Part shown: piece after piece, positions 14,220-28,452 of the stretch | Numbering within the stretch: the first letter of the stretch is position 1 | How the letters are laid out: every line of letters begins with the position of its first letter | Origin: Octopus vulgaris | Lineage: Eukaryota | Direction: 5' to 3' | Assembly: GCA_951406725.2 (NCBI GenBank) | Contig: OX597825.1 | Location: 55,366,001 to 55,430,000 of the forward strand | DNA: 64,000 bases | Position numbers and translations under genes: made by a program | The notes under the pieces: generated by a model | Database searches by the model: none | The model's input: the letters and a program-made list of their open reading frames with translations, nothing else | What the model was told of the DNA's origin: nothing

Positions 14220-15100
14220 TCATCGTCATCATCATCATTTAGTATCTATTTGTCCATGCTGGCATTGGTAGGATGGTCTGACCAGCACTGGCAAGCTGAG
14301 GGGCTGCACTAAACTGCAATCTGATTTGGCATGGCTTCTATGGTTGGATGTCCTTCCTAATGCCAACCACTCTGAGAATGTAATGGATGCTTTTATGTGC
14401 CACCAGCACGGGTGCCAGTTGTGTGATACCAGCATCTGTCATGACTGTGGTTTTACTTGGCTTGATGGACCTTCCTTCTCAAGCACAGCATATTGCCAAA
14501 AGTCTCAGTCATTTGTCATTGCCTCTGTGAAGCCTAACACTCAAAAGGTGCTTTTTACATGCCACTCGCACAGGTGCTAGTTATGCAACACTGACGACTG
14601 CAATTAATGGTCTTCTAAAACACAACATAATGCAAAAGGTCTCGGTCACAAGTCATTGCCTCTGTGTGGCTCAAAGTTCAAAGATCATGCTTCACTACTT
14701 TGTCCCATGTCTTCCTGGGTCTACTTCTACCACAGGTTCCCCCTCCAGTTACAGATTGGCACTTCTTTACACAGCTGTCCTTGTCCATACACACCACATG
14801 ACCATTCCAGTGCAATCAACTCTCTTGCACACATCTGATGCCTTTTATGCCCAACTTTTCTCTAACGATGCTTACACTCTGTTGTACATGCACAATGACA
14901 TTGCACATCCAGCAAAGCATACTAGCTTCATTTCTTTCAAGCCTATGCATGTCCTTGTCAGTCACAGCATATGTTTCCCTGCCATGTAGCATGGTTATTC
15001 CTATGCAGGCATCATACAATCTGCCTTTCATTTTGAGGGAGAGGCCCTTTGTTACCAACAGATGTAGGAGCTCTCTTAACTTTGTCCAACCTACTTTTAT
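14220..15100 (-). mobile_element. Degenerate RTE LINE 3' fragment
   Basis: ORF 14816-15145 (RIKVGWTKLRELL...GRLYDACIG...LHGRETYAVTDKDMHRLERNEASML) is homologous to the 54270 frame. (GAT)n tail near 14225. Confidence 0.88.
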
Positions 15101-15696
15101 TCTACATGTGTGTATATATATGTATATGTATGTATATATCATCATATATATATATATATATATATGAGTATGAACGTATGTACATGTATCTATACATGAG
15201 TATGAATGTATATGTTTATGTGCATTTATTGGGTATAGTCAACACTGTGTTGAACTCTCAGGCTATGAGTTGACATTAGGAAAGATAGCCAACCACCGAA
15301 ACCATACCAAGGCAGTCATTAGAGCACAATGCAGTCTTCAAACCCACAGAGTTCTATCAAACCCATACCAGCATGGATGTTAAATGATGATTATGGTATA
15401 TACATATATCCTCATCATCATCATTGTTTAACGTCCATCTTCCGTGCATGCATGTGTAAGACAGTTGACAAGGCGCTAGCTAGGTAGAAAAACTACCCTA
15501 AGCTACAGTGCCTGTTTTGGCTGGGATTTTATGGCTGGATGTGCTTCCTAACACCAACCACATATACTTAACTTGGATAGGTGTTAAATGATGATAATGA
15601 TATATATATATATATCATTCAAAATGTGGCCGCATGTGTACCGTTGGCGATTTTTTTTCCTCCGTCTTCTCTTCTCTGGATCTTTCCTTTTTCTAT

Positions 15697-15731
15697 GTTT
15701 CTGATGAAGAGCTCCGCTCGAAACGTTAAAC
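15697..15731 (+). ncRNA. Type I minimal hammerhead ribozyme (probably dimer-dependent)
   Basis: GTTT-CTGATGA-A-GAGC-tcc-GCTC-GAAACGTT-AAAC. Stem I GTTT/AAAC, stem III reduced to the palindrome ACGT. Lies in a ~210-bp unit (15615-15825) bounded by (TA)n. Confidence 0.75.
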
Positions 15732-15825
15732 CCTCCTTCTTCCCTTCCTTCCAGAGTGTCCAATAATATTATATTTGTTCCACGTCCTCACATTGTTGTG
15801 TTTTCATGTTTGGATTAACTTTATG

Positions 15826-15861
<36 letters not shown>

Positions 15862-16887
15862 AAAATGGCAAAATATCAGTATCCATCTCCCTTGATTGGA
15901 ATTGAAAGCGGGTTGTCTCACCTGTCTATGACTTTCAGGTGTTGCAACACCCAGAGTTATGAGAGAGTCATCCCCAACATACTATACAGCAGTATACTAG
16001 CAAACTATCAAAACACATACACTGACTATGTGCAGCTGATAATGATATATATATATGTATATATATATATATATCCCATATGTATGCATCTATGTATGCC
16101 TACATATGTGTGTACATGTGCAGAGATGTACACATATGACTGTATTATATGCTAAACTTCTGCAATATTTTACAACTTTCACAGTTCCATTAATGGCTTA
16201 CAGTCGTAAATTTCTTAATTAGCCATGTCCTTTCTAGTTTGGTGAATTCCAGTTTTGCCAGAATTGGGTGTTGAAGCAGTTAGTTACAGAAGCAAGCACC
16301 ATACTCCAATAATTACCAGTTTAAATCTAAAGTCATAACCCAGTTGGAATATCTGCAAATTTTTTCATTACTTTGACATAGATGTATTCTTTTTACTTTT
16401 ATCTCAAGCATAGTGTTAACATCTGCTAGACAACTAATTTCCACTACTGTGCACAATTCCTTTTCTGCCCCAGACCATTATGTTTGGTCTGTTAAGTCTA
16501 CATTTTACAGAAGTTTTGACAAGAATATTCTACCATTATTTTTTCATTTTCTCAGTCATTATGCCCTCTATATCACTGCAACTTCTTGCATATTGATCCT
16601 CAGAACTTCCTACAAATTACATTAGATAGAATTCTGTCCACTATATCCTATATCATGCCTCATAGGGAAAGAGTACTACAATGTAATTGAGCTTTACTTT
16701 ACATACTTCATTATAACTGTTATCATCATCATCATCATCATAATGATAATAACAACAAGGATGAGGACAATGATAATAATCATAATATCAATAATAATGA
16801 TGATGATGATGGCAAGAACAACAATAATGATGATGATTATAAGGATGGTAATGATAATCATAATGATGATAATGAGAGTATTACTCT

Positions 16888-16934
<47 letters not shown>

Positions 16935-16959
16935 GTAATAATAACGATAATAATAATGA

Positions 16960-18420
16960 TTTTATTTATTTACCACAAGGGTGAAGGATGAAGGGTACAA
17001 TACAAGACATACAATGCAGTGATAGAAAATAAAGGGTAAGTATACACAGTATACACTGAAAAAGAAGGGACATATACATAGTATACAAAGGTTTAATAAA
17101 AAATAAGAAGAAAGAAAAAGGTTGGGGGGGGGGGGCAATGATAAAGATATACAGGATGATCTCTAGGGATAATCAGTCCAAGATTTCCCTGAACACTCAG
17201 ATTCCTTCTCTCTGACTTACAAGTCTACACTAAGAGAGGTACCATCTCCTCTTGCCATTTTTGCATCCCCCTATTTCAATAAACTCACTCAGGGACAGCA
17301 CTTCCCTCTCTGCTCTCAATTTCTTTTTCAAGTGAAACTTGTAGAAGTTAATGAGAGCTCTACCAAAGAGGAATGTATCTGTTCTCATGGTTTTCAGCCT
17401 TGTCCAGCAAACAACCTCTTTCACTACAGCCACCAGGCAAAGGAAAACTGCTGGCCTGCCTGATTGAAGGAGGGTGGTGGAGTAATCATCACTGGTGGCT
17501 CAGCTGACAGATGGATGCATCACACACATGACAGCAACTGTTCGACATAAGCCGACAAGTCAGCAATGCCTAGACACTGAACAAGTGCATGCAGAACAGT
17601 TTCTTCACTCTGTGTGAACATTGTACAAGTCCATCTGACGGCACATCCGTGCCTGTAGAGTTTATCTCAAAACGGGTCCAAAACCGCTTGCTTTCAGGAT
17701 GGCTTCCAAGTACCGATGGTCAACCCTATTAAATGCTTTTCATTGATTCAAATTGATCAGAGCTCGCCCAAAGCAGGATTTTGTCCCAGTTCTCTCTATG
17801 ATGTATTGCATAAGGCGGAAGTTGCCATGGATAGACCTGCTCAAGATTGCGCACATTTGCGCTTCTCTGACCAGGCTACTGATGACAAGCACCAGCCTTT
17901 CAATAACACCTCGGCCAAAATCTTAAATGCTGTGTTTAGCAGAGTTATGGGCCAAAAATCCCCTAGTATGTCACTATTGTCTGCATTTTTCCTCAGCAGT
18001 GTCACCACACCTCTGCCAACAACACTAGGAATTCTCCGACAGTTGTAGTAGACGTCTGCCAAGAGGTCACCAAACAAATACATAGAATTCATAGGGCAGA
18101 CCATCAAAACCAGGTGATCTGCGACTTATGCAACTGTTCATCACCTCTCGAATTTCAGCAGCTGTTATCTTTTCACACAACTTCATGCCAGCTGCCAAGA
18201 GCCAAGACAAGCCATTCAGGTATGAACTAAAGTTCAGTACCATCGTCGACCTAATGCCCTTTCAAATAGTCACACAAAGTGCTCCTGAAAAGCTGCACAC
18301 ATCTGCTCAGAGCCGAGTAGCATGCACACATCCTGATCCATCAAAGAGCTGGATCCGGATGGGTGTGTGCTACTCGATTCTGAGCAGATGTGTATGGCTT
18401 TTCAGCAGCACTTCACGCAA
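16960..18420 (-). mobile_element. Decayed Tx1/L1-clade LINE
   Basis: ORF 17841-18107 (IPSVVGRGVVTLLRK...DFWPITLLNTAFKILAEVL) matches RT domains 1-2. C-terminal remnant AVVKEVVCWTR. The 3' end GTGGTAAATAAATAAAA runs into an (ATT)n tract at 16890-16960. Confidence 0.8.
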
Positions 18421-19001
18421 CTATTTGGAAAAGGTGATGGGTCGACGACTTTTTACTAAAAGCACAAGGCCCGAAATTTTGTGAGGAGGGGACTAGTCAA
18501 TTACATCAATCCCAGTGCTTCAATGGTATTTAATTTATCAACCCTGAAAAGTTAAAGTCAACCTCTGTAGAATTTTGAACTCAGAATGTAAAGACAGACG
18601 AAATGCCACTAAGCATTTTACCCAGTGGTGCTAACGATTCTGCCAGCTCACTGCCTTTATAATAATGATGATGATGATTTTGTTTATTTACCACCAGAAC
18701 AAAAGATGAGGTGGACAATGCAAAATAGACATAATGTGTTGGGGTTTACATATAATGAAAGGATAAAATAAATAAATAATTAAAAAAAGGTTAAGAGTCA
18801 GCTTCCGGTTTCTTTCCTCTTTCAGCCTCATATATAGGTGCAAGAGTGGATGTGTGGTTGAATAGCTTGTTTCTCAACCACAAAGTTGTAGGTTCAATCC
18901 AACTGCATGGCACCTCAGGCAAGTGTCTTCTACTAGCCTTGAGCTGACCAACATCTTGGGAGTGGATCTGATAGTTGGAAACTGAAAGAAGCCTCTCTCT
19001 C

Positions 19002-19040
<39 letters not shown>

Positions 19041-19064
19041 TGTACATACATATATACCCACGTA

Positions 19065-19568
19065 CTGATCTTTAATTGTGGAAAGAACCTGTTGAAGGAG
19101 TAGACCCGGGAAAACATGGGAGGAAGTGGTGATAAAGCATCTTCAGATGCTGGGCCTCATTGAGGAGACTTCTGGCAATTTGCTGTACTTGAGAAGATAC
19201 ACCAAACTAATTAAAATCACAACCATTTATATATACAAACATGTCCTTTATGACATTTTCCGTTATGGGCATGCCCTCACTCTCTCTACCAGCTGAGAGG
19301 TTCTTGTCTTGTAAGTATTGGTGGCTTGTAAAATGCACTCGTGCTGGTGCCACGTAATATGCACTCATGCTGGTTCCACATAAAAGCACCCAGCATGCTC
19401 TGTAAAGCGACTGGTGTTAGGAAAGGCGTCCAGCCATGGAAATCATGCCAAAACAGACAATTGGAAGCTGGACAGCTCCCCAGCTGGCCAACTCCTGTCA
19501 AACTGTCCAACCCATGTCAGCATGGAAAATAGATATTAAATGATGATGATGATGATGATGATGATGAC
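19065..19568 (+). mobile_element. RTE LINE 3' end
   Basis: GGAGTAGACCCGGGAAAACATGGGAGGAAGTGGTG (RPGKTWEEVV), shared 3' UTR, (GAT)n tail. Confidence 0.8.
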
Positions 19569-20054
19569 ACAAGCACACACACACACACACATATATATAT
19601 ACAAACACACAGCCTTATACACATTCTAGCTTTCAGTTTAGTGGAGCATGCTATACTGAGACATCATCTTCATGTCAATGTTTACAACAACATCATCAGC
19701 ATCATCTTCATCATCACTGCCCACATCACCCTCATCACCACCATGTTTTAAGACATGTACCATATGCTTACTTCAAAATACCCTCCTCCATTTGTCTTGT
19801 TACTTAGCTACCTTAACAATAAACCATTTTCGTTTTCTTTTTATCTACTTCTTTCTTTCTTTCTATCTGTCTTTCTTTCTCGCTTAGCAACTTTCTGTCT
19901 GTTTGTCGCCTACTCAGACATGCCACATCCTACCATTTCCCTTCATCATTAGCATCTACCCAATGTTTTTGTTTTTCTTGTTCTACACTTTCTCATCTAG
20001 TTATCCATTTCGTCTGTCAAACACTGGCAACATGCAGCAATTTGGTGCACCATC

Positions 20055-20655
20055 AGGTTACACACACACACACATACACTCACACACTACCACACACACA
20101 CATACACCAACACATACACTCACACACTACCACACACACACACATACACCAACACATACACTCCCACACTACCACACACACACATACACATACACTCACA
20201 CACTACCACACACATTGACACATCAACTCACACTTCACCAACCACCCTACAGCAACCAACACACACACACACCAGCTCACAAACCAATATTCACAGAAAC
20301 ACACACACAACTACTACCATGCATACATGATACACAGAGCCACATGTCAACAAACTTATATAACAACACACATCAATACACACACATGTATATATATACA
20401 CACACACATGTATATATATACACACCCACATGTATATATACACACATATATATATATATATCAGCTCACACCAACATTCACAGAAACACAAAACTACCAC
20501 CACACATACATGATACACAGAGCCAAACATACACACACACACATATATACCAGCTCACACATCAACATTCACAAAAACACACCCAGCTGCAACCATGTAT
20601 ACATGACACACAGAACCACACACATGTCAACAGACCGATATAACACTGCACACCA

Positions 20656-20700
<45 letters not shown>
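20055..20700. repeat. CA-rich low-complexity region with higher-order ~150-190 bp repeats
   Basis: The unit CAGCTCACA..ACATTCACAGAAACACA..ACTACCA..ATACATGATACACAGAGCCA occurs three times. Confidence 0.85.
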
Positions 20701-20704
<4 letters not shown>

Positions 20705-21204
20705 TATTTCAACTTCATCTTTTACATTAGATATTGTAGAAATTTATTACTGTAGTTACATAATTGACTCCTGTCTCTTCTACTTTGTCCCCACCCGCCA
20801 TCATCCACCCTCATTTGCAGACCCATGATCTCTCTCACAGCCAGTTTTTCTCGCAGTCACTGTCTTTCTCAGCCACCCTCTTTCTCACATCTATCCTCAT
20901 TCTTATATCCACCCTAACCCACTCTTATAGCCACTATTTTCCTCCACCACTCTCCTCTTTACATATACCCACTTTCTTTCTCACACCCACCCATTTTCTC
21001 CTAGCCACCTTCTTTTCCAGCCACCCACTTACTGATTTCCATGGTTTTGCAGCTAACTAAAGTAACTTTGCAGCTGATTTTAGTGGATTTTCCACATTGA
21101 ATTTGCTTATTATGTCTGTATGTCTTATTTTCTTTCCTTTTTTATTTTTGTTTTGTTGTTTATATTCTTGTTTCATTGTTTGTTTGTTTCTAACTTGGCA
21201 ACAG

Positions 21205-21266
21205 ATGGCGCCTGTTTGGGCAGAAAGGGTAGAGATGAAATATGCTGCTGCAACTTCTTCTTATGA
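21205..21266 (+). CDS. Candidate terminal exon, unknown gene
   Basis: ~80-nt T-rich tract, branch-like TTCTAAC, CAG acceptor. Phase-1 frame DGACLGRKGRDEICCCNFFL-stop; the phase-0 frame is also open to 21390. Confidence 0.35.
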
Positions 21267-21981
21267 TGTCTGTCATCTCTGTCGATTTGATTGGATTGGC
21301 TTGGTAGCACTTAAAAATCTTAGACTAGATTGGAAACATGCTTTATCTAGAGTGCTAGATAGATCCATCAGTTCATTCCAAATGTTTTAAAACATTATAT
21401 AATGTTATATGCCCAAAATCTGAAGGAAATAACTAACAAGCACTAACCTAATTGTTTGATAGCTCAATGTAGCACCTATATCCCCAGGATCCACCAGACA
21501 AGCTTCTATACAGTCACTTCAATCAACTTTTTATATAATCAATTCATCTATCTTTTTATAGAGTCAATTAAACTATATATAGAGTCAATTAAGCTTTTAT
21601 AGAGTAACTCAAAATATCTTTTACAGAGTTACTTAAACTATCTTCTTTGTTATCACTAGCATAGCTATAATCACAGATATGACTGTGTACTTAAGAAGTT
21701 TATTTTGTAACCATGTGATTTTGTGTTCAGTCTTACTACATAGTACCTTTGGCAAGTGTCTTCTACTATAGCCTGGGGCTGACCAATACCTTTTAACTGA
21801 ATTTGGTTGAAGAAAATTGTGGTAGCCCATCATGTGTGTGTGTGTGTATTCTTATCCTCTACCATTTGACAAGAAATGTAGTTTGTTTATGTTCTCGTAA
21901 CTTAGTGGTTTGGCAAGAAAGAGACTGACAGAATAAGTGCTAGACTTAAAATAAGTACTGAGATGACTTGTTCATCTGAAC

Positions 21982-22665
21982 CAGTGATTCCCAACATAGG
22001 GCACACACCCCACTAGTGGGGCCTGGGAAAATTGTGGTGGGATGTGGAACCCAAATTTTTTTCTTTTTTAGTGGGTCACGGAATTGTGAAAATCTTTTTT
22101 CCACAGCAAACATACTACACCTATACTCAGCCAAGCCAAACCAATCCTTCCAGCCAAGCATATTGTATGAAGGCTGTTTGCTTCAGTATAAGTGCTATTC
22201 TAATGCCCTAGCATGGATATTTCTTTATAAAAAGTATATAATTATGAAATATGAAAAATAAATTGCTTTTTTCCGACTGCTAATTTATATACTCGTAGTT
22301 GTGCATTTAGCTTTATAATGTTTAAATTTGTGGATAAATGTGTCAGTGGGTAGCTTAGCTTAATGGTAAAGCACTCAGTTGGAATCTTTGAGGGATGTGG
22401 CTTCAAGTCTCATGGCTGTTTTTCTGCTTTGCAAAAGTAGTTTACCCAATATTTCTGCCATTCTAACTGCATTTCTGCATTCAGTAAAATTAGCATTTCA
22501 TTTTTATCATACAATACACATTTCAATGTTTATGAAAAAAAAAGTTACTTTATATCTAAATATACGTAGTTAAAAATAGATTTTTTTTTTATGACTGCCA
22601 GTGGGACATACATTTTTCAGGAAAGTCACAGTGGGGCTCAGGAGAAAATAGGTTTAGAAACACTG
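21982..22665. mobile_element. hAT (Charlie-like) non-autonomous element inserted in a SINE
   Basis: Termini CAGTGATTCCCAAC / GTTTAGAAACACTG. Diverged 8-bp flanks ATCTGAAC / ATTAAAAC. The SINE sequence resumes on both sides. Confidence 0.7.
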
Positions 22666-25029
22666 ATTAAAACCCTTCAGGTAGCTCCCCAGTATTTCCA
22701 CATTCCAATGAATGTAACACGTAAAAGAATAAAAGAACAATCAGTTAAACAAGAAACTTGTATATTGGTGCTTCTCAAACTTTCTAATTATTGCCCATTT
22801 ACTTTTATTAACACTTTATCAATGTCTCTTGAACATCACCACTGCTATTTTTAATGTGCATGCAGGTAATATAAGACTAAACTAACTTAGTTTCAAGAAA
22901 TAATTTGAAACAGGTGACGATAAGCATGTATATAATACATCAGTGTTTGAACTTAGTAACTGACCCCATCTTTGAGCTTAAGGGAGAGAGGGAGAGAGAG
23001 AATTTTAATTATATTCTATATAATTATATATCTACATATGTATTTTACCTAAAAAGGTTTTTTTATATGCCGGCCACTGATAAAATTCATTGATTTTTAA
23101 TGATTTTATCCTTTAATTATGTTTATATATATAGTTGGGAAAAGATTAGAGATCTATACAAATCAAATTTTTATATATAAAAAATGGAGGTGGAAATAGC
23201 ACAGAAGTAAATCTAGGACATTTAAATTCAAGAGAGAAATTAATAAAAATGATTTTTTTAAATTATATAAAGAAAACATTACCGATTTTGATGAATCTCA
23301 TCTATCAAATATCAGGAAAAATTTATAAAAATTTGAAGTAAAAACAGTTTATCATCTGTCTTGGGGTCAAGAACATGTCTTATTAAATTCCCTCTTAAAT
23401 TGAAATGTCTTAGATTTGCTTCTGTGTTATTTTCACTTCCGTCTTTTATACACAAAAATATGATAAATATGCCCTTATAGTTACCAGTTGAAATTTGTTT
23501 TTGTATTTCTATTTACAGTTGTAATTTCTATATTTAAACACACACACTGATTTCTCAACCCATGTGGAAGTTTACACACATCTATTTATAAGTGTGGGTA
23601 GTTTATGAGATTAACACATGTTACTCATTGCTAGAATCAACCATGTTCAAGCATGTACATATTGACAAGTGTATTGATACAAGTCAGGACAAAATCTAAT
23701 GCTAAAGGTACAGTGATTGTCTTGGTTGCATGTATGGAAATACTCAAAATTTTGACAGTCTCTTAAATTTTATTTTAATTTGTTTATAATCTATGTACTT
23801 GAGGAGTATCTATTTATTGTTGGAAATTTACTCACATTTCTAATCTATTATTATTGTTAATGTTGTCATCACTGTTATAGTTTTTATAATTATGGCTAAG
23901 AAGCAGTTTATCATGATATTTAAATCATATTAAAGGGAATATTTAAATAGGAAACAAACATAAAAAACCTGCATAGATGCACCTACCATCTATCAACCTC
24001 CACTGGTTCTTTGTCACCAGTACCCATGTAAAATTTTCCAGCACCCCTAGGGGCTATATGGTTCTATACATATGCTATTTTCTAAACAGTCACTCAAATT
24101 AAGAGGTTCAATAAAGTCCCAAAAGAAATTTGATGTGAGGGACCTTGTATGTGCTCATATAACTTACTAACAATAATCGCCAAGCATTCTTTTGACTAAT
24201 TATTGTTTGTCATTTCAATAGGGACTACAAAGGTTGCATAATATTTTCTGTAACTTATTCAACACGTAAAATTTCAATGCATATTGATGTCTCACAGAAC
24301 CACAATATTTAAAATTTTTTCAGAAATTTAAATGCAACAGTTTGAAGTCTATGTTTTCCCCTAATACCAACCACTTGTCAAAATGTACTGGCTGATATAT
24401 TTCATAGCACCAGCATTAGTGCGGTTATCATCTAAGTTACAAGACCTCCTCTACTTAGAGAGATTACAGGAGAGAGGCAGGCAGTTTTATGTTAGGTATT
24501 GAGAGATTAAATTTTAAATGAAGATGTTTTTTGCTGCAGAGGAGAACATGGTTGACTTGCATTACATAAGAGAAGACAGGGGTAACTGGGATGGAGCTGG
24601 AAAGGGAGATAAAGATGGTGGTGGCAAGGTGACATTGCAAGGTACAAAGAGAATAGACTATAAAGGGGGAGCAAAAAAAAAAAAACACAGAAAAGGTAGA
24701 GAGAAATTATAAGAGTGTATAGAGGATTGAGAAATGTTTAGAGATGATGTAAGGATAAGGAGTAAATATAGTGAATTGGGAACAAAAGTGGAGGTGAGTT
24801 CAAAGATAAATCTGAATTGGAAGTGAGAGGAAGTGATGACTGGCAACACTGAAAAGGTAAAAGACAGTGACATAGCAATAATACAGTCAATGAAGGAGAT
24901 GATATATATAATCAAAACAGTTTTAAACTAATATTTTAGACAATTAGATGTATTGTGTAATATTTTCATCATTTGTACTACTTCTACAACTACAACTACA
25001 ACTACTTGCAAACATAATAGAATGTGTGA

Positions 25030-25376
<347 letters not shown>

Positions 25377-25755
25377 TGCATGTAAGTATGTATATAGAAA
25401 AAGAAAATTGAAGAAAATACTGAAAGCAGCCAATGAAATGAAAAGACAAAAGAAGCAGAGAAACAATATATATGTAGGTAAGTATATATGCATTTAAATA
25501 TGTATATATATATATATATGAGTATGCATGTGAATATATGTTTATATATGCATGCACATGTGTGCATATATATATACATATATATATGCACACACATACA
25601 TGTATATGTGTATGTATATGTGTGTATATATATGTTTATATATATACACACATATATACATGCACACACATATGTATATATATATAAGCATTGCCACAGA
25701 AACTTAGCAGTCACAGAAATCAGACAATACTTAAAATAATGGTATGTGAAGTCAC

Positions 25756-25839
25756 CTGGTAAGTCTTGAAATTCTAGTTCCATAAGTTTGGGTAATTTCA
25801 GTTGAGTGTTATGTGTTGCGAGTTGAAATGTCTGCCTAC
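25756..25839 (-). CDS. Candidate 84-nt symmetric exon or recursive-splice exon
   Basis: Minus: GCTAAT branch, T-run, GGTCTTACAG|GTAGGC...CCAG|GTGACT. Phase-1 frame GRQTFQLATHNTQLKLPKLMELEFQDLP. Confidence 0.33.
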
Positions 25840-27269
25840 CTGTAAGACCAAAAAAAAAACAATAATTAGCATTTTGGCATTATTTTATTTCATTTCAGTT
25901 ATTATAATTATTTTCTCTCATTTTTTTTAAAAAAAATGAAGCAGGCACTTTCAATAAAAATATGAGAGAATGAAATACAAACCTATCCGACCCATAACCT
26001 GAAATAAAGTTTTGCAAACATGCTAAAATAGTGATGGGCAATGTTGTTTATGATGATGATTATATTGATGATGACAATGATGATGATGGGATGATTACAT
26101 TGATCTGATTGTTTAACTCTTTTGAAACTGATTCACCTGAGACAGCTCCTGGTTCTTGGATACAAACTTCATGTTTTAACCCTTTAAGCATTCAGATTAT
26201 TTTGTCCAATGTAATGCTTATTTATTTGCATTGTTATGAATTACCAGTGCATTATATCACAACTTTTAAATTTCAATGAAGTGATTATTTATTTTTAGAA
26301 GATATTATAAGGCAGGAGAGGCTGAATATGGCCAGTCCCAATATAAAGCCAGCAGAATATTTAGGCCGGTGGTGGCCAGTTTAAATGCTAAAGAGTTACA
26401 GTGATATCATCATTTTAACGTTCACTTTTCTATGCTTGTATCAGTCAGACATAGTGTATTGAGGCAGGTTATCTTCTGGCCAGATGGCCTTCCTGTTGCT
26501 AACCCTCACTTGTTTCCAAATAAGGTAACACTGTTTCACCCTGGCCAAACATGCATATGTACTCACAGAATACTGCAATTGAATACCCTGCTTGTATGAC
26601 AACAACAATAATTTTATGACTATTAGGTGTAAGGACAAGAAGCTACAAACATACATAGTCACCCACATACATATATACACAGACACACATGTAAGCATAT
26701 ATGATGGGCTTCGTTCAGTTTCTGTCTACTAAATTCACACACAGAAGGCATTTGCCCAAGGTGCTGTGCTGAACAGAGGACCAAGTGGTTTGGAAGCAAA
26801 CTTCATAACACACAGCCATATATTAAAACCTTCCGTCATCTTTGTTGTCACCGTCATCATCATCTTTATTTTAACATCCAATTTTTTTGTGCTTACATGG
26901 GTCCGAAAGAACTCATTGAGGCAGATTTTCTAGTTACATGTACTGACTGATGCTAACTCTCACCTAATTCCAAGTATAGTAAAACGATGGCAATGCTTGT
27001 TTACTATTACCACAAGCTACCAAGACACACACACACACACACACACAAACATACATACAGAGTTTTAATCTACCAAATCCACTCACAAGGCTTAGGAAAA
27101 GTCAGGGCCATAGCAGAAGATGCTTGCCCAAGGTGCTACACTTTCAAACTAGATCTAAAACCATGTAGGTAAGAAGAAAGCTTCTTAACCAAGTAGCTAC
27201 TAGTTGGAATAAATAGTGTATTAGTATAAATGTAGCTGGTATGAATGTTAGTACAAACATATTGATACA

Positions 27270-27420
27270 TTAGTAAGTATAATGTGATTAACACAGAATT
27301 AATTAATTGACAAGCAATAACAACAACAGCAACTGCATGTATTTATAGATGTTCTAGAAACCCATAACGAAAAGTTCATTGGGAGCAGATGGATAAACGA
27401 ATTTAATCAAAATTACTTGT
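27270..27420. repeat. Local duplication, copy 1
   Basis: Aligns with 30615-30754; both copies are followed by (GGT/GAT)n tracts. Confidence 0.9.
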
Positions 27421-28452
27421 AATTGTGGGTAGTGGTGGTGGTGATGCTGGTGATGGTAATATGGGTGGTGGGGGTGGTAAATACAGTATTATGGTCATGA
27501 TGGTGATGATGGTGGTGGTAGTGGTGCTACTGCTGCTGATGATGATAATGATTATGATGATGACAATCATCATGCACCTCTGCCTCCTCATCTTCGAGAT
27601 GGTAGTCATAATAATAGGAATGATAGAGCTGATGATGATGATCATCATCATCCTCATCAGGATAGTTCTTCTGTGGTGGAGGTGGTGGTGGTACAGAAGG
27701 AGAAAGGAAATGTAATTGTTGAAATTAAGTTGTGTAGTTGTAATGGTGTGGTGGTGGTGTACATTTTAGTAATTGTGTCAGTGATGATGGTGATGATGAT
27801 GATGTGCTAATAAATAAAAGTGATGATGGCGTTGTTGCTTTATAACCCCAAATCAAAGAAATCATCATCAACCACATTCTATCCATGACCATCCAGCTTA
27901 TTGTCAGGTACACCATGTTTAAATATGTAAATATGGTTTCTTGGTTATCATCCATGTCAGCGGATGAATAAGGTTTTAAGACTATATAATGATTTCAAAA
28001 TTTGGAACAAAACCAACAATTCTGGGGGACGGGTTAAGTCGATTACACTGACCCCAGTATCCAACTGTTACTTATTTTATGGACCCCAAAAGGATGAAAG
28101 GCAAAGATGGCCACAGCAGAATTTGAACTCAGACCACCAAGACAGATGAAACACCACTAAACATTGAGTGTTTTGCCCAGCATGCATGATTCCGTCAGCT
28201 CACCACTTTTTTAAGTCTATATAATCAAATGTATTCTTCCATTTTTTAATTATTTTTTTGTTAGATGTAAGTATGATTTGAGGTAGATTTAGTTGCCATT
28301 TCAAGCATGTCATATGACAATATAGTGATAGCCCTTATTGAAACAGAGTTATTTACACTGTTCCCTAATACATTACTGCTATGTAATATATCAATATCAG
28401 GAGGATAGAGAATAAGAAAGTCAGTCAGAGGAATTGATTCAAGTTGCCATCA

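Noticed and set aside
23545-23615. Possible miRNA hairpin
   Set aside because: Only short discontinuous pairing. No conserved bilaterian miRNA was recognised here or elsewhere by eye.
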